Origin: Tubiluchus corallicola | Taxonomy: Eukaryota; Animalia; Priapulida | Reading direction: 5' to 3' | Assembly: GCA_030141605.1 (NCBI GenBank) | Contig: JAQGDQ010000068.1 | Location: forward strand, 496,001 to 560,000 | DNA: 64,000 nucleotides | Part shown: piece after piece, positions 53,901 to 64,000 of the stretch | Layout: each line of letters opens with the position of its first letter | How positions within the stretch are numbered: the first letter of the stretch is position 1 | Program-made: the position numbers and the translations under genes | Notes under the pieces: generated by a model | The model's database searches: none | What the model saw: the letters and a program-made list of their open reading frames with translations, nothing else | What the model was told of the DNA's origin: nothing

Positions 53901-56900
53901 ATTTCAGAAGATGGCTGTTCCAGTAGATAAGTTTTTTAAAGCCGTATCTTAGCCGTTAAAGCTCATAAGTGTTTTAAGCGTTAGTTATAGCCTTAAAACC
54001 TATATTCATACACCAAAATCATTATCTTATCTGTTCTAAAAGTTAAGGCACAACATTTATATGCTAGCGAGCCATCTTATTGGTGGTGCCCACATTAGAG
54101 GATAATTTATCCAAAATTAATCACCTTGACGGGTTCTAGCATTGTGCTACATTTCATAACTTTTAGACTTGTCTGAGTAATTTTTGACGATTCTGCAGGA
54201 CTATACGTCGAGGATCCGACGGCCACTTTCTTTTTCGCTTGTTTCTTCATTATTAGTTATTAGTCTAGCAGTATTTAGATTCAACAAGGTCGAATTAAAA
54301 AAAATGACTTGCCTTTTGTTTTTATATTAAAAGTAACAGAAATGGATTTCAAAGGCCCTGGAATAGATGCCATCATCGCTTTATAATATCAATTTTCTGG
54401 GAACTTGTTTTGATTTACATTGTGTGCGCAAAAACTTTGCAGCCATTTTGTTTTTTGCGTTTTTTACAATTTTCTGTTAATTTTTTAATCCGGCAACAGC
54501 TTTTTTCGGATTCAGTATGGTCAGATTGAGAAGGCTGACTATGTTGCCCACATTTTAGAAAGAAATGCCCATAGAACTTTATAGAAGCATCTTTTTCAGG
54601 ATTTTGGCCTACACTATGAACTATTTTTCGGGAGGGGAGTTTTTTTGTTGTTGTTGTTTATATTATTAACACAAAAAGAACACCACACTGAAAAAGGTAC
54701 AAACACATAGAAAAAACACAAAAGCGAAGCAGACAAAAACAAAAGAGAGAAACACATATGTGTAAAACTGATAGCCACAATCAGAAACCAGAGTGGGACA
54801 CTACATAAAGAGATAGAAGTTATATAGACTGCAACTCATGGAGTTAGGAGTGAATGACAAAAGAGTACGACTGTATGGAGTAATTTTGTCAGAAAAGAGG
54901 ACTGAATACGATACAGGCAATAGTATTCTATCTTAATCTTCGAAAGTGCGAGTTGACTTTTATTTTGGGTAAAAAGCGACCAGTTGATCTATAGCCATAT
55001 ATCAATACAATATTATCATATAAACATTGAGCACGGCCCATGGATCATTAGGATGGCATTCACCGACTAGTGAGTATAGCCAGAAATCGATGTGATAAAA
55101 GCTGCTTGAAACCCTAAAAACTGGCTATTTTTCAACATCAGTGAATAACTTTTCAAACTCTCATCATATTTTCAGAAAGTTTATGCGGTTACACCAGTGA
55201 GTAGATAGAGGACAAAAACTTAACTAACATGTGGTCAGGAATAGCCAATTGGTCCATAATGAGTAATCGAAAATGGATGAAAACACCGGGCGCTAAAACT
55301 TTAGCAAAAAACTTCCAATAACTTTACTAGTGCCGTTTCAAATGTTTCCATAACCAGGAGCAATGGCCAACATTTTAAATCACATTCAATAATCGATCAA
55401 AAGTTAACAACCAACTGTTTTCTATAGCTTGGGAACAAAACGTAGTTTTTGGTGGTACAAGCAGCACTCAAACAAGAGACAAATCAACTTGTAAAGTCTG
55501 CATAGCCAAACATTTCAAGCAATCCACAGTCAGAAATCAATGGTCAATAAAAAAACTGTAAAATACTCAAACGCATCAAAATTATAATACATTTTCAGAA
55601 ATGGGACTGCAGTCCTATGGGCTTTAATTTTTATACTTTGAAAATGATTCAGGAAATGTATAGCAACCTGATAAGTCTACGTATTTCTTATCGAGCAGCA
55701 AATAATTTTCCGGTTTCTTCATGAGTTTCTTCCAATGGGAGCTGCTTTGGAAACCGTTCTTTTCTTCTCGCGGTACTAACAAGTATTTGGACGCATCGAT
55801 GCGCAGATTTTCTTTTTCTGGTTTATTGAGTGACACGTAACCCGTTATGGATTTATAAGTCGCGGCACCTAAAATAAAAACATTTGCAAACCACTGTGTA
55901 CTAGCCTGTAGTGCGTATACAGTACTCTTAGTTTATTCACTTTATTTCACTCAATCTCATACTCACTTTTTTAAAAAAATGATGTATTTAACCACTATAT
56001 TGGAGAAGCTGAAATAAGTAACAGTGGCCATCAAACGAAGAAAAGTGTTCGATATTGGTATTCACGGTTAACTACTATTGTGAATGTAATGTTGTGCCTT
56101 TTTGGTGAGCTATGTACTAACCAAACCTGTGAACAAATTTAAAGGTAAATAAAGTTCACCTTTGCCTTTCTTAGTTTGCAAATTCAGCGTCGATCCTCTC
56201 GTCAACCGGACCCAGCTTTCGCCGTCTTGTTCGACTTTTTGTTTGAAAAGAGTCACTAGAACGTTTGAAGACAAACGTGGTCTGCCCAATGTGTACACGT
56301 TATACCTAAAAGTTGAAAAAATTACGTTTTGCAAGTCTGGGCGCAGGCCAATAGGAGTACCTGAGTGTGTTGCACGTGGGATAATAAAACAGGCATTCTG
56401 AGCCCATCAATATGACTGCTAGACATATACACATAGTTTAGAAAAAGTGCATGGTATTGCTTACAACGAACTTTTGCTTGTAGTTCATAAATGGTACTTG
56501 ACATTGTAATAGTTTTGCGTTGTACACAATTACACTTATTACGTTGTACTTATTACACAATGTACAAGCTTTCATGTAAGATTTTGCAATCTGACTCTGC
56601 CTGGCTAAAAAGTTTTTACTAAAATCACACAGACCCTCACAAATGAAATCGTTGGCAAAATGCCACCAAATCTCGCTTCACAGCTATTTTAGTTGAAGTA
56701 CTTTAAGTACGCACGTTAAATGATTAGAAAATGATGTCAAGGGAAAATGTTCTATTGTTTTTCTTTTAAAAAAAAAATACCCTGGACAGTTGACACAAGC
56801 TAAACGGACGTACGTATACAAGTATGACTATAGAAAACTAATGGTGCATCAGCATTATATACAGCAACATACTGCACTAATAGAATTACTGTAGGTTCTT

Positions 56901-59900
56901 GTTAAAAGATGTTCGGCTAACGGTAAACAGAATTGTAACTGATAATGCAATAAGCACCAATGGAATTGAGCGCAAAACGTTAAATGAAAATTTAAAAAAT
57001 GTAGGAGGAATTACTGTATATCTTTAATAGAAGTCATTTTAATAATTTACCCACCACAAAGCATCGAAGCGAAGGCAATGCAGAGTATCTTGGGTGTGCC
57101 CAGCGTAGGTTTGGCACACCTGGCCACCCCTGTTTGAACTGTTCATGCTCATTTTTCCATCACTGCACGTGCAGCAAAATCCCTGCAATGTAAGACTAGT
57201 GTAATAGTGCTGCTAGGAAACTGCTTCATTGTTCTTTTCTCTAATGACAGAAGAAGCATAAAAATTGTGTGCCGAGACTACTGTCTAATTCGTCCTTTCA
57301 GATTTGAAACTGGGTGATGGAGTTTTCGTTTAATGTCACACATTCTTGTGTCGATATGCTCAGCATTTAGAACAAATGCTTTCCGTAAAGTTTTTACTTG
57401 CTTTAAAAACACCAGAAATATGTATGGACGTTTATGGGGAGTAATTTCTAGATGAAACACTATTTTATGTTGGTAATAACTATTATGTAAGACAATACTC
57501 CGTTAGTGACATAGTTGGCTATTGATCTTTGTTTTTCTACAATAATGAATCGTGAATTCGTGAATATTTTTCTCGAAAAAGACGTTTGAGTTTGCGTAAT
57601 AAACCGGAAATTCGTTTGCTTTTCGAAAGCTCGTTTTGACAATTCAGCCCATTAACTTAGTACTGACGGTCATTGTTCCTCTGCCACGCTGAAGGATGCT
57701 TAATTTTTTAGCATTTATCATTAATAATACTTACGCATTGTTATCTTAATCTATATGTCAATGCACACGAACAAGGTATAGTAAAACTTCTTTTACGAAG
57801 GATGAACCTCAGTTAGCGCTGGAAACAAAAAAAAATATGGCACACTAGTCATGTCACCCGTAAATGTCACCGTCGTCCTTTGCTCCACCGGTCTCAACTT
57901 AACTCTTGATTTTTTTAATTAAGCCTACCTCATCACTAAGAGGTCGTCCTCCATCGTCATACTGCGCTGAACATTTCACTCCAAATTGACATCCTTTAAA
58001 CTTTATACTGCTGCGATTGGTGACCATTTCAAACGGCCTGCTGTTTACAGACTGAATGTAAGTAATTGGATATCGTAAAAGAGTCGGCTTAAATTCGAAT
58101 TTTACCAAAAACGAATCGACGAGACGAACTTGCATTCGATCCTCCATGTCGTATACAAGCCTGACTTCAACTTCTTCTGTTTGACTTTTCTGCAAAGAAC
58201 AATAATTATCATTTAACAGTTTTTGGAACTAACAATTATTGGCTAGACTATACAGAGGGGTGGGGTTGTCTTTTATGAAAATGGGTGAATTCTCACAAGG
58301 ACGGAATCACGGAAATTTAGGAATTTCCATCATCAGTTAATTTAATAATTTATTGAGCATAATAAGACAGACTTATAAACAATGCAGATATAAATGGGTC
58401 CTATAAATGTAAGGACATCACTCCATGGGATTTTTATACAAAATAGATTTTTTTTGTTGAAAGTTAAGATTTATGACCCTCTCAGTCCGAGAAAGTTGGG
58501 TGCCTTTGAGACTTCTTGAGCCTCGTTTGTTCTTATTTACTTTTGGATTGTAGCTTCCGTCCATTCCGTCCATACTCTGTCATTGCTAGAAGCGTAGGCA
58601 ACTAAATGGCACATCTTTTTAGTGCCAACTGACTCGATTCAGAATATGTTGACAGCGATAATGATGTCCTCGTGTTCATTTTTTATATAGGCACAAAGAC
58701 TCTCTTTTCTTGTATGTATATGACTGATCTGTGATTCTTTTGTTATAGCACCGCTGTCCTCACAAACTCCGTTACATTTTTGATGGCTTCGTCACATTCA
58801 GTACAGCCAGCATATTCTAGGCTTTACTTTTCTCACAATGGACCAGCAAGCTGACTGGGGTGCCTTATCGCATCCTGTTTTAGCAATTTGAGTTAAGTGA
58901 TTTCGGACCCTGATTTTATTACCTCTTCTCATTGTAGTAAGGTGTCTACAATAGCAAAAGCAAAGCAAAATGGAATGCCTTTATTCGAGTTTGCATTTCT
59001 TATCAAATAAGTATTTCAAAGGCTTGCGTACCTTCCTTTAACAAGCGACCTCTCTCAGGCATTTTTTCTATTTCTCCGTTCCATTTAGCAATTTCTTTTT
59101 TTGTGGGGGGGGGGAGGTATTGTACGCTTTGTAGCAAAGAAATTCACATTAGCACATTTCTGTTTGGAAACTTGTTCCCACATCACATATGGCCCAGCTT
59201 ATAATTTTCATTGAGATAAGTCCAAATATAGATGAGGTAACACATAGGTACTAACAAAAAATATTAACATTATTTTCTGAAAAGCTAACAGGAGTAACAA
59301 GAAAAAAAATTGTAGCATTACGTCAATTGATAACAGAAGCTCCTATTCAAGTTCCTTGACCTGCATTACTCTAAACTGGTTGCAAGTGTGTTTACGCTAG
59401 TTAATTGTTTCTCAGAAATATCAAAATAAATCAATATCAGTGTTCATTATTATTAAAAATGTTACTTGTAATTTCAGGGTTATAAGAGATGTGAGCAGGG
59501 CATATTTCAAGGGGGGGGGGGGGAATGGGGATACTTCCCCGGGGCCTCACCCTCCAGGGGGGCCTCGCGCCGAGGTAACATTATTTTTTTTACTTTATGC
59601 GAACATACTGTATAACTCCATATTTTCTCTTCTAAAATGCTTCTCTGGCGTTCTAGCAGTTCAAAAATTTTCTGGGAGCCAACCATGGTGGCGCCCGTCA
59701 CCCGGCGCTTTGCCCCCCCCCCCCAAGGAGGCCTCTCACACCCCACTTCCCCGGGCCTCGTTTAGGCTGAAATAGGCCCTGGATGTGAGAAATATCTGCC
59801 TACGGCCCATCGTTCTGTTGGTCCTTGAAAAACCCTAAAATCCCTTGTTCATTCAGTTAAACCAAAAGTAGATTAGCATCCAGCACGGCAAAACCCATTC

Positions 59901-60950
59901 TTTGCTATTTTTAGGGTTATGTTATCTCTTTAGTATTATGACCCGTGTTTGGATCTTCAGAAGACGCTATGAAATCGCCAAGTAGATTCATAGTTACAGA
60001 AAAACTGAGTTCAGATTGGCATTCACTATTGCAAAGTACCCATACCCGTAATTTTCACATATTTTGGTTTTGGAGATTTGCGAGAATATAATTTAAAATT
60101 TATGGGACTCCGCGAAAAATTTAATACCAAAGTTTTCCTTCATGGACAGCTATGAAAAAGCTTATTGCTGGCTTTCAATGAAATGAATAACCAGAATATA
60201 CAATTAAGTGTAATTCTCAAACACCAAATTGACCTTTTGCGCAACTTCACTGAAGTAATAAAAAGTTTTTTTAAATAATGTCATTGTGTAGTTGCACGAA
60301 TTACCGACAGCAAAAAAAGGTTCCACAGTATCCGTATCTGGTAATATAGAAAGATGACATAGTACAAAATAAAGTCTAAATTTTACGGTAGTTAGGTCAA
60401 GTGGTGCAGCCAAATGAATTTTTTTAGTCACCTCTGTGCAGTGCAAACCGTGAACATCAAAACAAATGCAAGGAAAATAAGCGTCAGTCTCGGCTAGGCA
60501 CACATAATTATAGAAGAAAGTGTAAAGCATCAGATCTAACTAGCCAACAAGTTTTGGGTTCGCCAAGGTGCGTCCAACTTTATAGTAATAAAACTCAAAT
60601 AACTCAACAATTCAAATAATCTTAATTAGACAACCGGTTTTGGGAAACTTTGTAGTAAAATTTCATTGAAGCATTACATTTTGTGTAGATCAGTTTGATT
60701 GCTTACAATATAGCTTACGATATACGAATGTTAGTTCTACTAAACTACTTACTCGACCAAGATTCAATATACTGATGCTGCTAACAAGGACTGTATAACA
60801 AGCTTCTGATGTTGTGTTGCCAGACTCAGGATTGCAATTTTTCGACAGATAACTTCTGGCTATCGTTTTAGCTTTGCAATACTCAATGTTAACATCGATC
60901 ACGAAAAGAGTTATCGTAACTGTGAGAAGATAAGAGAAGGTTTTCAACAT
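48170..60950 (-). CDS. HAP2: HAP2/GCS1 class II gamete membrane fusogen (fusexin), 6 coding exons, about 1225 aa
   Basis: Exons 60950-60753, 58189-57929, 57182-57055, 56305-56160, 55868-55668 and 50913-48170 join in frame over GT-AG introns (phases 0,0,2,1,1); total 3678 nt. The product has an N-terminal signal-like segment and the HAP2 hallmarks YPITYIQSVNSRPFE, GFCCTC...R...C...HCLRFDALWYNVY, YLLVP, YLLLDKKYVDLSG-LKCNKIGISQSAFNRQENPC...SCLHNQ, then a TM helix. Confidence 0.93.
51238..51716 (-). mobile_element. Internally deleted mariner-type element in HAP2 intron 5
   Basis: TA-flanked imperfect TIRs CAGGGTGGTTCAGA..TATACACT / AGTGTATA..TTTGAGACACCTTA; minus-strand remnant LEALRSPTEVQRKFR resembles the N-terminal HTH of mariner-type transposases. 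Confidence 0.5.
52188..54616. mobile_element. Academ-like DNA transposon derivative with long TIRs, in HAP2 intron 5
   Basis: Both ends read TAGT(C/G)TAGGCC, with collinear inverted similarity over about 400 bp; 3-bp flanks CGA/TGA; internal decayed coding piece LQRFAVLLY...IPPT...YRAG..GQAL near 53300-53490. Confidence 0.65.
55668..55868 (-). CDS. HAP2: HAP2 exon 5
   Basis: Acceptor attttag; GAATYKSITGYVSL...KYLLVP...NYLLLDKKYVDLS(G); donor gttgct. Confidence 0.88.
56160..56305 (-). CDS. HAP2: HAP2 exon 4
   Basis: Acceptor cttttag completes W; YNVYTLGRPRLSSNVLVTLF...LQTKKGK; donor gtgaac. Confidence 0.85.
57055..57182 (-). CDS. HAP2: HAP2 exon 3 (cd/fusion-loop region); absent from the ORF track
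   Basis: Acceptor cattgcag; GFCCTCSDGKMSMNSSNRGGQVCQTYAGHTQDTLHCLRFDAL(W); phase-2 donor gtgggt. Confidence 0.92.
57929..58189 (-). CDS. HAP2: HAP2 exon 2
   Basis: Acceptor tttgcag; KSQTEEVEVRLVYD...LRYPITYIQSVNSRPFEMV...CSAQYDDGGRPLSDE; donor gtaggc. Confidence 0.9.
59496..59781. mobile_element. hAT MITE in HAP2 intron 1
   Basis: TIRs CAGGGCATATTTCA / TGAAATAGGCCCTG; perfect 8-bp TSD GATGTGAG; G/C homopolymer tracts inside. Confidence 0.9.
60753..60950 (-). CDS. HAP2: HAP2 exon 1 (signal peptide and start of domain I)
   Basis: MLKTFSYLLTVTITLFVIDVNIEYCKAKTIARSYLSKNC...ACYTVLVSSISILNLGR followed by donor GTAAGT; phase 0 matches exon 2. Confidence 0.75.
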
Positions 60951-61247
60951 TTCGAGCACAATAACAACCTACAGACGCATCGTGAGTCCAACTTTGAAAA
61001 CAATTCGAATTTATCCGCAATTGTTTAATCATAGCGAAAAATAAATAAAACTGCTTTCATTTAGCGCCTGCAGTACCGCAGACTAGTTTGTGATTTTTTG
61101 AATCTTCTGAAGTGTTTTATTTGTATTCTATAACGTCCGTGTTCTGACTATTTCCTTGTTTGATGACGAATACCTACATTATCGCGGATGTATCTACAAT
61201 CCATACACGCGTTGTTTTTCGCCTGAATTCTAAATTGGGCTTCAAAC

Positions 61248-61298
61248 GTTACCATGTTACTTTTTTGTCATGGCAACTCTAAATGACCTCACAATTGG
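61248..61298. promoter_or_regulatory. Putative HAP2 proximal promoter: two RFX X-box-like motifs, a CRE-like motif and an inverted CCAAT
   Basis: GTTACCATGTTAC (61248-61260), TTTGTCATGGCAAC (61264-61277), TGACCTCA (61284-61291) and ATTGG (61294-61298), about 300 bp upstream of the HAP2 ATG. Confidence 0.4.
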
Positions 61299-61854
61299 AA
61301 ATCTGGAACTGCTCAAAACAAAATAACTAATGCTTACGGGTTTTAGCTTTTTGAATATTCTCTTGATCTTCTATTTTTAGTATTATAATTTTTGTACAGA
61401 AATAGTTGAATGCGTGTTTCGCTTTCAAAGTATTAGACCTGCTAAGTAAATGGAAGGGCAAATACAGATCAAACTGCTTGCAGGATGCTTCATTCATTAA
61501 GAGGTTGCATGTACATTATACTGCATATACATACCCATTTAAGAGGCGGGGTGAATGGATATACAGCTACTGTGTGTGTTTAGCAACCAAACTTAAACAA
61601 CACCAATACCGTTCAATGAATGAATGGACGACTAACCGGCTGGGTGGATTCATCTGCCACACTGCACACACATCCAGACATGGCTGAGTTACCTCTGCCT
61701 GTCCAGTATATCTCCCATCTTGCATTGTGGTAGACCTTTTCGGAATTTGATATAGGCTCCTGTCCCGCCGCATCCCTCTAGAGTAGACCGTCACACGTTC
61801 AGTACTCCCAGTTTGCAGCGTGCTTGCATTATTTCTGCTACACTCTTATTAACT

Positions 61855-62345
61855 TTTCCTTTGCATATTTAAATTTTTGTTGTACACTTGATTGAAATTG
61901 GCTGCGCACATTTAAATTTTGCAGCGTATTTTTAGTTTAAATCTTTGCCGTGCACGTTTTGTGTTCATTTTGAAATTTTACTGTGCACCTTTAAATCTTT
62001 GCTGAAAACTTTTGAATTGTGCACGATTTAATCCTTGCCATACATATTTGCAGTGTCGACGTGTTTTAAGTTCCCTTATGAATTTCCACAGAGCACTTAT
62101 GAACTTATTGTAGCTAAGCATTGCCAAATTTCTACTTTGCACATTTAAATCTTTGCTAAACACTTTTGAATTTTTGCCGTGCTCGTCAAGTCATTGCAGT
62201 GCACTTTCTGAAGTTTGACTGCGCGCCTTCAAATCTTTAATTTTCATTTTTTTTTTACTTTTTGTTGCGAGCATTTTAATCTTTGTTGTGCTCTTCATCT
62301 GAATTTCTATTGTCGATGTTAAATTTTTGATTTTTAACCTTTGAT
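61855..62345. repeat. Degenerate tandem array of about 20-bp TTGCNGTGCACATTTAAATCT units
   Basis: Recurrent GTGCAC and TTTAAAT/TTTGAAT motifs. Confidence 0.6.
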
Positions 62346-62725
62346 TTTGTCGTCTCAGAAGTTTGTGTTCCTAATTTGAAATGTTTCCAAGTTCTCAAAC
62401 TATTTCACTTGTAAACAAGTTGTAAACGTGTAAATATATTACATGAGTAAAGCTTTAGACACACAACATATGTAGTTTATGGAAATTTAAGTCATTTATA
62501 AATGTAACAACTGAAAATCAATTATCGTAAACTCTCACTCCATGGAAGATGTCATGCAAGCACCTAAAAATGAGTGAGCGCTTCCGCTTTAAAAGGAAGT
62601 TGTGCACCTCGTATCACTTGACAGTTTCCGGCGAGATGTTACACTTAACTGGATATTGTATTAATTAAAATGCTAAACACCAGCTTAAGCTGCATTTTAA
62701 AAGTTGTGCAGTGCAGAAACTCGAA

Positions 62726-64000
62726 ATGAAAGGCGATGGCGTTATTATCGATGTGGGTGACAATAAAAGTCTCTTTACTTATTTTTCGGATTTTACATAT
62801 AGGTGGGAAGGTATGCAGATTTGTTTAGACTTTTAAAACATCTTCTCATAACGTTGCTCTTTGTTCATCGCGACACAGTGAAAAGTGCAACGTACGAGTG
62901 GTGTCAGTCTCTCTTAGTAAGTTAGTTATCACGTCAGTCTTTACATACGTCAATAAATCTTCATCATCACCATCACATTCATTGTGAGTCAGAAACAGCA
63001 TCGTCAATTATCATCATCATTATCACCGTAATTATCATTATTGTCATCATCGTCGTTGTCGCCGTCGTCGTAACCATCCTCATCACCGCCATCACCACTA
63101 TCATCAGTCAAGCACTGCATAACGTTTTTTATTGTGAATTCTCATTGTAAGAATGCAACACTTTTCAGGTGCCCCATATGTTGAGTGTGCTGTGCTCGTC
63201 TTACTCATGACTACTTCATTTGTAGGAAATGTTCTCGTAAGTACTAGGTCTATAATAAGCCTATAAGTTGTAATGGCATCTAATTTTTCTTAAGTTTGTC
63301 ATACGCATTACTTGCAACGTAGAACAATAATTGAAAACGTCCTGATGTATTTGACATTTATTGACGCAAGTCTAGATCAGTGTCTGCAAAATTACATTAA
63401 TCATAATTTGAGTGACTACATTAATTTAGTGTCTATATAGTAAAATAATATGTGTAAACAGTGACAAATATTAATATCCCCTGACTGTAGAGTAATAATA
63501 ATGTCCCATATAAGTAAATAGTGAAGCACCTTTACAGTAAAATAATGTCTATATCCAGGGGCAACTATTAACGCCTCCTAACTGTAATTGTGTAATGATG
63601 AAGTGTACATGTAAGAAAATATTAAAACAAATCCAAATATTAACATTCAAAAAGCAAACAGATTATACCAAATGTCACTTTCTTTAATGTTAATATTCGT
63701 ATCATCTTAATTGAAATTTGAGCGCTCATTTAAATAATCACATTTCAGGTCATCACATCCGTTTACAGATACCACAGAATGCGCACTGTCACTAACTACT
63801 TCATCGTCAGCTTGGCGACATCCGACATGATGTTTGCGTCTTGCATTCCTATTGTCATCATCACTCGTTTTTCTGTCAACTGGATTCTTGGCTCAGCAGC
63901 GTGCACGCTCTTCGACGGCGTCATGTTCGTCTCAGGAATTAACTCGATCTTGACGCTGACCGTGATCAGCCTGGATCGAAAAAACGTCATCTGCTCCAGC
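62726..64000 (+). CDS. Class A GPCR, FFAR4/GPR120-like; partial (N-terminus to end of TM3), runs off the window
   Basis: Exons 62726-62810 (MKGDG...NKSLFTYFSDFTYRWE), 63169-63236 (GAPYVECAVLVLLMTTSFVGNVL) and 63749-64000 (...TNYFIVSLATSDMMFASCIPIVIITRFSVNWILGSAAC...VMFVSGINSILTLTVISLDRK) splice in frame. FxxFSD, VExxVL and SGxxxILTL resemble recalled FFAR4. Confidence 0.82.
62960..63110. repeat. Degenerate (CAT/CGT)n trinucleotide tract in GPCR intron 1
   Basis: Runs of CATCATCAT and CGTCGT. Confidence 0.7.

Noticed and set aside
59440-59775. Gly/Pro-rich ORFs on both strands
   Set aside because: They come from the G/C tracts of the hAT MITE
48170-60950. Viral class II glycoprotein, archaeal fusexin or EFF-1/AFF-1 identity
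   Set aside because: Spliceosomal introns, no viral or retroelement neighbours, and the motifs (CNKIG, GFCC, HCLRF) are HAP2-specific
63796-63990. Minus-strand 64-aa ORF
   Set aside because: Antisense shadow of the GPCR exon

Overview
AT-rich eukaryotic (invertebrate animal) genomic DNA with GT-AG introns and many decayed transposons; it is not prokaryotic and has no CRISPR or operon structure. I assembled three spliced genes by hand, each with consistent intron phases. (1) ELMOD3, an ARF/ARL GAP, + strand, 10 coding exons at 16257-45056, about 412 aa. (2) An intact HAP2/GCS1 class II gamete fusogen, - strand, 6 exons at 60950-48170, about 1225 aa. It has a short polar fusion-loop exon, a Cys-rich stem, a TM helix, a second hydrophobic segment and a very long (about 580-640 aa) low-complexity basic tail. 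(3) The 5' part of an FFAR4/GPR120-like class A GPCR, + strand, from 62726 to the window end, divergent from HAP2. Also present: a frameshifted intronless class A GPCR pseudogene (4765-5705), several LINE relics, hAT, Tc1-mariner, Mutator-like and Academ-like non-autonomous DNA transposons, two 5S rRNA-derived fragments, and tandem repeats. The most notable item is the animal HAP2 fusogen, which the ORF track splits into pieces. All family assignments come from recalled motifs, not database searches.
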